DNA from: Octopus bimaculoides
Lineage: Eukaryota
Assembly (NCBI RefSeq): GCF_001194135.2
Contig: NC_068986.1
Coordinates: 21,316,857-21,380,856 of the forward strand
Length of the DNA: 64,000 nucleotides
Reading direction: 5' to 3'
Part shown: piece after piece, positions 38,661-50,400 of the stretch
Layout: each line of letters starts with the position of its first letter
Numbering within the stretch: the first letter of the stretch is position 1
The notes under the pieces: generated by a model
Database searches by the model: none
What the model saw: the letters and a program-made list of their open reading frames with translations, nothing else
Told to the model about the DNA's origin: nothing
Program-made: the position numbers and the translations under genes

Positions 38661-41600
38661 ATCTAAATGTGATGATTGTAAATGAGTATCATGCAGATGA
38701 TGTTTGTTTCTATTCTTCCATGAAAAACATGCCTTGCCTTGGGAAAATATCACCTTACTTAAAAACAGGTGGCAAATGGTGGCAGGAAAGTCATCCAGCC
38801 ATAGAAAATCTGCTTGGACAAAATCTGTCTGACTCATGCAAGTATGAGAGTGACGATGATGATGACGACAACAACGACGACAATGTTGTTGATGTAATCA
38901 GAGCCTGGAGGCTGAATTCTTGTCCTTAGAGTATTTGGTGACAATGCTATTCTCTAATCGTTTTGTCACATGCATTATTGTGCTATTAAACAATATGGAG
39001 GCAATAATACATGTCTCATTATATGGTAAACCTTTTGTTACCATATCTCTGTTGAAATGCACTGCCTTTGTTTCATTTAATTTTGAAAAAAATTAAGAAT
39101 TTAGTAAAATAACTCTGTAGTCCATTATATGCAGTAGAAGCAGTATTGAATTAAATAGCCACCTGTGTATAGTACTCAATGTAAATACATCATTGACAGG
39201 CAAATATACTGCGGTATTAGCCCAGTGATTTTATTCAGCCGGTGAATGCTTTTTGTTGTTTCTCTCTATATCAGAGGTTACAAATCTCTTCTATGTATGT
39301 GACTGACTGTGAGGCATTCTCATTAGCTGCTACTGGGATGATTTTCGCCACCCACCAATATATACAGTGTTCATAAATTATCTTTACAACTTCCACAATT
39401 AGTATATGAAAGTTGTCAAAATAATTTATAGACACCTTCTATCGTATTTTTAGCATTGGAGATGCTATCTCTGGATGAATACTGCAGTAAATTTGCCTTT
39501 CACCTATGTGTTTACATTAAGTATGATACACAGATGGCTATTTAGCATAGTTATTAAACTGATGTTTAGAACATAAAATTAACATGGAATTTTAATGGAA
39601 GGTTTTATTTAAATCACTTTAAAAACAGGAAAGTTATATCATAGAACATGGGGTGGTCTCAGGTAGGTTAGTATCAAAAGAGCCAGAGATATCAGAATAT
39701 ACTCAGGTAACATTAAAACCATCCAAAGAGTAAAATTAGAAAAGCTACATGAAATGAGTCTAATGAGAGCAGCTTAATTATTCATTAATTTTCGGTTATG
39801 TTGCCAGAGTTATCTGAAGCAATTAAAGATGCTTTCTCTGTTATTTTGTTTGAAGTATTATATAATTGGCACAGGTGTGGCTGTGTGGTTAAGAAGCCTG
39901 CTTCCCATCTATGTTGTTTTGGATCGGTCCTTACATGGTACTTGGGCAAGTATTTTCTAATATAACCCCAGGAAAACCAAAGCCTTGTGTGTGTGGATAT
40001 GGGAGACAGAAGCACTAGCAGAAATGCTAGATTTGGCAGAAACGCTAGCACACCGGGCGAAATGTTTAGCGGTATTTTGTCTGCTGTTACGTTCTGAGTT
40101 CAAATTCCGCCGAGGTAGACTTTGCCTTTCATCCTTTCAGGGTCGATAAATTAAGTACCAGTTACGTACTGGGGTCGATGTAATCAACTTAATCCCTCTG
40201 TCTGTTCTTGTTTGTCCCCTCTATGTTTAGCCCCTTGTGGGCAATAAAGAAATAAGAAACTGAATGTGTGTGTGTGTGTATATAAATGTGTGCATGTGTG
40301 TGTATATATATATAGTTCACATTTACAGAATACAAAAGATGAAGACAGGTGAGGAAACAACAAGCAGGTGTATTAGTTTGACACACAGAAAGAATGGAAA
40401 AGTCTTTGACGTTTCAAGCCTACATCCTTCAGCAGAAAGGATTGAGAGGGAAAAAAATGTGTAGGGCTTAATGGTTCAACATGATGAACATATATCTATA
40501 TCTATATATATATATATATGTGTGTGTATATAGTATGCTCCGTTGGATGTGTAATGTCAATGTGAATACCCATCAGAGTGTAAGTATTTTGAGAGAAAAG
40601 CTGAACATTAGAAGCATCAGTTGTGGTGTGCAAGAGAGACGATTGCGCTGGTATGGACATGTGGTGAGAATGGATGAGGATAGCTGCGTGAAAAAGTGCC
40701 ACACCCTAACAGTTGAGGGAACCCGTGGAAGAGGTAGGCCCAGGAAGACCTGGGCTGAGGTGGTGAGGCAAGACCTTCGTACATTGGGCCTCACCGAGGC
40801 GATGACTACTGACCGAGACCTTTGGAAATGTGCTGTGCGTGAGAAGACCCGGCAAGCCAAGTAAGATCGTTGCCNNNNNNNNNNGAGATGCACCATTTTG
40901 AGCGTGGCCGTTGCCAGTACCGCCTGACTGGCTCCCGTAGGATTTTCGAGCGAGATCGTTGCCAGTGCCCCTGGACTGGCTTGTGCGGGTGGCACATAAA
41001 AGACACCATTTCGAGCGTGGCCGTTTTCGTGCGGGTGACACGTAAAAGCACCCACTACACTCTCTGAGTGGTTGGCGTTAGGAAGGGCATCCAGCTGTAG
41101 AAACTCTGCCAAATTAGATTGGAGCCTGGTGTTGCCATCTGGTTTCACCAGTCCTCAGTCAAATCGTCCAACCCATGCTAGCATGGAAAGCGGACGTTAA
41201 ATGATGATGATGATGATGATGATATAAGACCTGGCAAGCCGAGTGAGATCCTGGCAAGCCAAGTAGCTGTGGCCTATGCCAGTGTCGCATAACCAACCCA
41301 TTTAAGAGTGCACTTCAATCATCAGGTAATATACTGTGCTTGAGAAGGCCTGTTGAGTCAAGTGAAATCATTGTCATGGCTGATGTCAGTGCTGCCAGAC
41401 TGTCTTCCATGCAGGTGGCACATAAAATGCACTATACAAGCATGGTCAATCCCACTACTGCTGGACTGGCCCCCATGCTGGTGGCATGTAAAAGGTACCC
41501 CCTACACTCTTGTAGTGGTTGGTGTTAGGAAGGGCATCNNNNNNNNNNCCCATGCTGATGGCATGTAAAAGGTACCCCCTACACTCTTGTAGTGGTTGGT

Positions 41601-42580
41601 GTTAGGAAGGGCATCCAGCTGTAGAAACCTTGCCAGATCAGATTGGAGCCTGGTGCTTGCCAGTCCTTAGTCAAACTGTCCAACCCATGCCAGCATGGAA
41701 AGCAGACATTAAACAATGATGTTGATGATGATATGGGTGTAGGTGTGTGTGTGTGTGCATGCATGGGTATGTTTGTGTCTCCTTGTCTTGACATCACATG
41801 ATAGTTGTAAACAAGTGTTATCATTATACAAGCAGTACTATTCATTTTTAATTTTCTATGCAAACATGATCAGCCAAAAGGAAATAGTAGCTTGTTTGGA
41901 ATTAGGTGAAGACAAGCAACAAGAAGACCTAGAAAATCTGCCTCAGCAAATCACCTCTGACTCATGCAAGCATGGAAAAGTAGACATTAAAATGATGTTG
42001 ATTACCATATCTTATAACATAATTAGACTCCTTTTTTTTCTATAAAGAATTGTTTCAAAGAAAAACCACCCTGGGTCCTGTATGGGAAGTTGGGCCATGC
42101 TTTAATGTATTAAAAGTGTTTTTCCTGAATATGCGCTGTTGAAATTGTGATACCTCTAAAATACCGTCTTTTATGCTATCATGTCAGTGTCTATTAATGA
42201 AATAAAAAATGCATGAATTTTTCATAAAGTACTTTTAACTGAAACAATTGTGTGTGTAACTATTTTCTTTCTTTATTGAAAGTATTTTTGTTAGCTTGTC
42301 TTTATTTAAATATTTTTGCTAACATCAGCAAATATAATGCAATTACGTATATATATATATTATGTAATTATTTGATACTTGTGTTAAGCTTAGTCCCTGC
42401 AGTACATGATCAACAAGTGTGCGAAGTCAACTCAGTGATTCAGGCTGAAAACTCTTCACAATGAACGAAATTCAATATCCCCCCAGAGAAAATTTAAACT
42501 CTGCTAATACTTTGAATCAGGAGACTATCCAAAGTTTCTCCCAAAAATAAAATGAACAAAAGAAAAATAACCCAGTTTCC

Positions 42581-42629
<49 letters not shown>

Positions 42630-45041
42630 TAAAAGACTGTTGGGTATGTTAGACACACCCTAATTTTTTAACAGTGTTTATTGAGGAAAAAGAACATCAG
42701 AGACAAAATTAGTTCAAGGAAGGCTCAACTTCACATCTAGAACCTGAGGTGATTTTTTTTTTTTTTTTGAGATTTTTGGCATTAACTACAAAGTGCTTTG
42801 CATTATACGAAGGTGAGGTGACCTACATGTAGCTAAGAAGAGTCAAGTGTATAGGCCATCAATACATTACAGTACAAGTAACATAATACAAACTCTACAG
42901 CCTTTTACCAAGATGCCTAACACCATAATAACATGTCTAGCTGTAACTCCATTGAAAGTTAGATAACATGTCAATATGTTGTACATAAAGTGTGTGTGTC
43001 TATGAGTTCCTTTCGAGTATTGGGCCTCGCGGAGACAAAGTGGCTGAGTTCCTTTCAAATGTTGGGCCTCACATGGGCAAAGTGACTGAGTTCCTTTTGA
43101 GTGTTGGGCCTCACATGGGCCAAGACCTTTGGCGTTATGTCGTGCTTCAGAAGACCCATCAAGCCAAGCAAAATTGCAGTTGTGGCAGACACCAGTATCA
43201 TGCAAATTGGCACATAAACACATCTCGGTGTCATGCAAATGGCACCTGTGCCAGTGGCACGTAAAAGCACCCATTACACTCTCGGAGTGGTTGGTGTTAG
43301 GAAGGGCATCCACCCATAGAAAACCATCCCAAAATCTAATCAGTTTGTGCCAGTCACGAAGCCAAACATCCCTGAAAGTTTCATCCGAATCCATCCAGCG
43401 GTTCTTGAGATATCTTGACCACGGACAAACAAACATGACTGTAATCAATACTTCTGCCTTCACTAAGGCGGAGGTAACAACAACAACAATGATGATGATA
43501 ATAATAATATACAGTAATTATTTTGGAAACTTCTAAAAAGTTTATATTCATATTTGTAATATTTATTTTCTTCAGTGGCCTTGTCCAGTCTTATGAAGTG
43601 AATGCCAGCCAAGGAAGTGTTCAACTGGTTGATAAGCGTAAATTGGTTTGGAACATAGGTACTTTTAATAAATATATATATTTTCAGTTTTCTTTCTTTC
43701 TCTCTCTCTCTCACACACACACACATGCATGCACGCACGCACACACGCATACACACACACACACACACACACATTATCTTTACTTTTAATTCTCAACATT
43801 TATGCATTTATTTTATTTTATTTTTCTACTTCATTCCTCATTTCCTTTTTGTGTGTATTTCCTTTTCCTATTTATCTTTATCATCATCATCATCGTCATT
43901 ATTATTATTATTATTATTATTGCATCAGCATGTTGGCAGGAACAGTTGAGAAATTGTTTAAATATTTTATAGTCATTAGTTTCAACGCACTACATTTCTG
44001 TATTCAAATCCACCAAATTTGTTAATTTTTTTTTTTTTTTTTTTTTAATCAGATTGTATAACAAAAAAAATATACTGAAATCAACTTAATTAATAACCAC
44101 TTGTTTCCTCTCTTCCTGGATTCTGATTTTATTTTTCACCCGTTAATTAACAATACTTCTTGCCTGTGAAAATTGGCCTTATGCCTAGGTTTAGTCCAAA
44201 AAAAAATATCAAATATCATTATTATATTTTAACATGTTTTCTTCTCTCTCCAGAAATAACTTCATAGGGGGAAAAAGTCAATAATTAAACAAAACTAGAG
44301 TAAAAAAAAAAATCAGTGCTTAATGGAAACTGGACAGAATTGGCACAAAATGTATGAATATCAGTAGCAAAGGTCTACAAAGGTACATATGTGGCTGTGT
44401 GGGTCAGAAGTTTACTTCTCAACTATGTGGTCTTGGGTTCAATCTTACTGTGCAGTACCTTCGACCATCTACTTTAGTCTCAAGCTGACTGCAAAGCCTT
44501 GTAAATGGATTTGGTAGACAGAAACCAAAATAAACTTGTGTGTGTGTGTGTGTGTTAATCTTAATATCATGTGATAATTGTAAATAAGTGTTTTTTGTCA
44601 AAGAAGCAGTATTCTTCATTTTCAGTATTGTGCAAGATGATGTTTGGCCATTGGGAAATATTACATTACTTAGAAACAGGCAAGGGTTGATGACAGGAAT
44701 GGCAGCTGACTGTAGAAAATCTATCTCAAATAAACTCCATCCAACCCATGCAAAATGGAAAAGTGGACATGAAATGATGATGATGTGTGTGTGTGTGTGT
44801 GTGTATATGTGTTTTGTCCCCCCCACACACACACACATGCCACACTGCTTGATAACCAGTGATGGTGTGTTTATGTCTCTGTGACTTAGTGGTTTGGCAA
44901 AAGAGACCAACACAATAGGTACCAAACTAAGAAAAAGATAAGCACTATGGTCAATTTGTTCGACTAAACCCGTCAAGGCTGTGCCCCAGCATGGCCACAG
45001 TCCAGTGATTGAAACAGGTAAAAGATAAAAGGTTAATCACC

Positions 45042-45135
<94 letters not shown>

Positions 45136-47362
45136 TCACTCTCACACACACACACACACACACACACATATTCTAAAAGCAAAGTAGCCAGAATAAGAAT
45201 GAGGGGAAAAGATCAAAGTTCAGAGATCTTTTGCCTCTGCTGACAACAGATGAATTCTCTCCCTCTCCAAGTGAAGGACTGGTTGTATGATGCTTGTTTA
45301 CAAAGTTTGAGGTTGCATGAGAGTGAAAAAAAAAGAGCATTGAATGTGGAGGATGTACAAAATGTTGGAAAGAAATGAAGTGAGCATGCTACACTGGATG
45401 TGTAATGGTTATTATGAATGGACAGCAACACTTGAATGAATTGAAAGAAAAGCTAAGCTGGGTGTAAGAAGAATCAGATATAATGTGCAAGAGAGAAGGC
45501 TGTTCAGTTGTGTAGCTTGAGCAGTTGTTCTCAACCATTTTTTACCTATGGATCACCTTGATTCTTGATTTTATTTGGATGGGCTCTCATAGCCATTCAA
45601 TGTTTAAAAGGTCTGATGGTATTTTCATAATTAAATATTATTCTGAATTGTATGAAAAATTGTTAAAACATTTAGTGTATTGTAGAAGTATGACCAATTT
45701 ACTGCACATAAATACATAAATTTTAGCAACAAAATCTTATATCGACCCTGGTTGAGAACCACTGATCTCGAGTTTGTGTTGCTTGGGGCAGTAATTGAGT
45801 TTGCCACTCTCACTTGGCCACTACTGCCTATACAGGCTTATAGAACAGACCCAAAAGTGCTACCCTTAAAACATCACCTGGGATGGACTTCTCCCATTGC
45901 TTACCTTTAGCTACATTACTGGCAATGTTGGTGGAGGCATGTGATGTATATAGAAGATGACAGTGGGTTTAAAGAAATGTCAGATGTTCCAACTGGATGA
46001 AACCTGCAGGAAAGGTTATGATGAAGGAGATGACAAAGGGGCTGCCAAAAGTGGTAGGAGGCTCTGCTGGGGAAGGTTCCTTTAACTATTGCAAGTATGG
46101 AAAAATAGATCGAGAATGATAAAGCTGGTATTAGCAGCGGCATATTACTTTAAATAACAATAAATCTAATATTCATTTGGCAAATACAGTGGGCTTCCAC
46201 ACAGTTTCCATGTACCAAATTCACTCAAGGCATCGGTCAACCCAGCTCTTTAGTAGATGCTTACTCCAAGTGTTGTACAGTGGGGCTGAACCCAAAACCA
46301 CATGGTTGCAAAGCAGGCTTCTTAACCAAACAGCCATGTTGAGTAAATAAAATAGTGGAAACAATTTGAAGAACCCTAAAAGGTTTAATTTTAAAAGTCC
46401 TCTTTTTTTTTATCTTTTGTCCACTTGTATTAGACATGCTGATCCAATTAAACCAACCCCACTAATTGACTAATATTTTATTTATTGATCCAAAAAGGAT
46501 GAAATGATGCAAAGCTAATCTTGGTGGTATTTGAACTCAGAACACAAATAATCAGAACTAAATACTGCACAATAGCCCATCTAAGACATTAATGTTTCTA
46601 CAGATCCACTACCTTAAAATACTTCATTGTATTAATGTATCTTTATTCTAAATCTTTCTGCTTATTACTTTCAATAGGGCAGAAGTTCCCTAGTAAAAAC
46701 CTTGAAGTTTTCCTGACGTCAACCTTATTACTCAATAAACAGTTGCCTACAAATCCTGACATGTATGAAGATCCCTTTTGCATTGACCTGAATTCTTACG
46801 TTTTGGTGAGTTTTTTTATTTATTCATTTTCTTTTACAGAGTAAGATTGTGTTTTTGTGATTGACTTTCTTTACACTTTACTGAATATTTAACCGTTTTC
46901 TTACCGTATTTAAGTTGAAACACGCTACATTTTGTTTCAATTAATTTTGGAAATAATGAGTTATTTAGTAAAATAACTTTTTCATTATTAAGCTCATGTT
47001 TAGAGCATAAATTAACATGGGAAATTTTTTTTTGAAGATTTTAATTTAAAATGGAGTTTGTATCATAGAATCAGGGTTAGCCTATGATGGATTGGTATCA
47101 AAAGGATTAGGGTGTAAACTTTTAGAAAAACAGATATTTGAGACCAACAGGATGGGCATTCTAATAAATAACACTCACTAAGGTAGGTGGCTCTTTCGGC
47201 TGTGTGGTAAGAAGCTTACTTCCCAACCACATAGTTGCAGGTTCAGTCCCACTGTGTGGCACCTTAGGCGAATGTCTTTTACTATAGCCTCGTACCAACC
47301 AAGGCTTGCATGTGAGTGGATTTGGTAGATGGAAACTGAGAGAAGCCTGTTGTATATGTATA

Positions 47363-47411
<49 letters not shown>

Positions 47412-50400
47412 ATGTATTTATTTATTTGTGTGTATCTGTGCCTCTCCCGCCTCCCCGAAATCGCTTGACAACTGATACTGGTGTGTTTATGTCCCTGTAT
47501 CTTAGTGGTTCAGCAAAAGAGACCAATAAAATAAGTACTAGGCTTACAAAGAATAAGTCATGGGGGTCGACTTCTTCCACTAAAACCCTTTAAGGCAGTG
47601 CTCCAGCATGGCTGCAGTCAAATGACTGAAACAAATAAAAGAATAAAAGAATCAAGAAATAATGTTAACCATGTAAAAGGAAATATGGAGGAGATAAGAA
47701 GCAGAAACCAGAGCGTTGCCATGGAAACATATATTCATCATTACCATCATCATCATCATCATCACCATCTTCATCATCATCATTTCACTGTTTACTTTTC
47801 CTTGCTGGCATGGGTCAGATAGAATTTGCTAATGCAGATTTTCTATGCTCAGACACCCTTCTTGTTGCCAACCCTCACCTGTTTCCAAGCATGTATATAT
47901 TTACCTCTGGCTAGACATTCTTTCCATGGAAGATTAGAAACAAATAGCACTCGTTTAGAACCATGAGGCGATATCAAGACAAGAGTACACACACACACAC
48001 ACACATACACACACACACATGATGGACTTCTTTCAGTTTCTGACTACCAAATTTATTCACAAGGCACTGGTCAGCCTGGGGCTATAGTAAAAAGCACTTA
48101 CCCAACTTGCCACACAGCGGGACTGAACCCAAAACCACATGGTTGAGAAGCAAACTTCATAAGCACACAACTATATCATTAATAACATTCTTAATGATTT
48201 TCTCATATCAATATTGGTTTCAAATTTTGGCACAAGGCCTGCAATTTTTGGGAAAGGCATAAGTCAGTTACATTGACCTCAGTATTCAACTGGGTTTTTT
48301 TTTTATTGACCTCAAAAGGATGAACGGCAAAGTCAACTGTGATGGAATTTGAACACAGATTGTAAAGACGGATAAAATGCCGCAAAGCATTTTGCTTGGC
48401 ATGCTAACAGTTCTGCCAGTGAAGCTTCAACATTTGTCAAAATATAATATGAATATGGCATGAATGGAGCACTCTATGTACAATACTTCCAAGTGGGCCA
48501 CAATAAAAATGTTAAGTAGCCACACATATGACCAAGGTGGATACTTAACATGCTGCTCATTTGTGGTTTGATAAGTGTTTTGAGTTCAACAGATTTTAAA
48601 GGATGGTCACTGGTGTAGTTTTTAGAAATATTCAGAAAAATAGGCACTTGAAATCGACAGGAAGGGCAATACATCAGGAAGTAATGATAATAATAATATG
48701 GTTTCTGATTTTGGCACAGGTGGTTTCTGATTTTGGCACAAGGCCAGCAGTTTTTGAGGGGAGGGGAAGTTGATTACACCGACCCAGTATTTGACTGGTA
48801 TTTATTTGATTGACTCCGAAAGGATGCAAAGTTAAGTCAACCTCAGTGGAATTTGACCTTAGAACTTAGACAGGTGAAATGCACCCACCAAAGTATTATT
48901 GTTAAGCTGAAACTGTTGCTAATGTAAAAAGAAATGGAACAGTGATACTATTTTTTTCATTTTCTGAAAAAGCAACATTTTGAACTTACGACACTTTTGC
49001 ATAACAGCAACGATATATGACAGTTGTAAATGAGTGTCACTGTCACACAAGCAGTGTCATTCATTTCCAATATCCTACAGAAACATGTCTAACCATGGGG
49101 AAATATTATTTTCTTTGGAAAGAGGTGAGGGTTGGTGACAGGAAGAGTATCTGGCCATAGAAAATTTGCCTCAATGAACTCCACCTGACCCCTGCAAATA
49201 TGGAAAAGTGAACATTTGGCAACAACATTCAAGTGAGGTCGTTGCCAGTGTCGCCGGACTGGCTCCTGTGCAGGTGGCATGTAAAAAACACTATTTTGAG
49301 CGTGACCGTTGCCAGTACCACTTGATTGGCTCTCGTGCCAGTGGTACGTAAAAGCACCCACTACACTCTTGGAGTGGTTGGCATTAGGAAGGGCATCCAG
49401 CTGTAGAAACTCTGCCAGATCAGATTGGAGCCTGGTGCAGCCATCTGGTTCGCCAGTCCTCAGTCAAATCATCCAACCCATGCTAGCATGAAAAGCGGAT
49501 GTTAAACGATGATGATGATGATTAAAATGAGGACAATGTCCATGGGTGGTCAAGGTATTGAATTCAAGTCACCATCTTTTTATATCTTCACACTGCTACT
49601 AAGACATTCATCTCATGTTTATCTCTCTCTCTCCATCCATTCATTCATTCCTTTGTATGCTATAAATTTATATTTTCACATTTATTTTGCAAAATTAAAG
49701 CAAATTTCCATTAATCTCTTTGTCAGCTCACATTTCGGATTAATGATTTTACACAGTCAGGATGTCATGTGGATTCAAAATCTGTACAAGTGAAAGGAAA
49801 ATTGAAATGTAAACTAAATACAGGTAATTCATCATTTATTTCTGTTTACCTTTGAAATTTATTGAATTTCTGTTTATTTAATCCTTTAGAATTTAGCTTG
49901 TTCTGACAAATATTATGTTTATTTATTCACATTGTTTTGAATTAATCATGCCTTTTCTCATAGCTTTGAGATTTCATCATCATCATCGTCAATGATGTGA
50001 TTGTTTATTTTTAGAATGACATTGTAGGGTAAGTGTGAGAAGCTTGACCTGGCTAGTTTTGAACATGCCTAAACTGGTTTAAGTACTAAAGAGTTAATTC
50101 CACTAGTGGTAGGAAACAGTGGTTGAGAGATCAGTTTGTGTCAATTCAAGATCATCTGTTACTAGTTGTATTCCCGGCTTCAGTTTCACATCATCACCAT
50201 CGTTTAACGTCTGCCTTCCATGCTGGTATGGGTGGGACAGTTTCACAAGATATGTTGATTACATCGACCCCAACATTCAACTGGTACTTATTTTATCAAC
50301 CCCAAAAAGGACGCAAGCAAAGTTGACCTCGGTGGAATTTGAACTCAGAACATAGCAACGAGTGAAATACCACTAAGCATTTCGCTCAGTGTGCTGATGG

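Noticed and set aside
41480-41615. Direct duplication of ~60 bp on both sides of a 10-N gap
   Set aside because: Typical unmerged contig overlap; probable assembly artefact
42867-43463. 198-aa minus-strand ORF
   Set aside because: Antisense read of RTE-derived repeats plus the 43340 element; no splice context or protein motif
48700-48745. 22-bp tandem duplication (TGGTTTCTGATTTTGGCACAGG)
   Set aside because: Slippage at a SINE B tail; unremarkable
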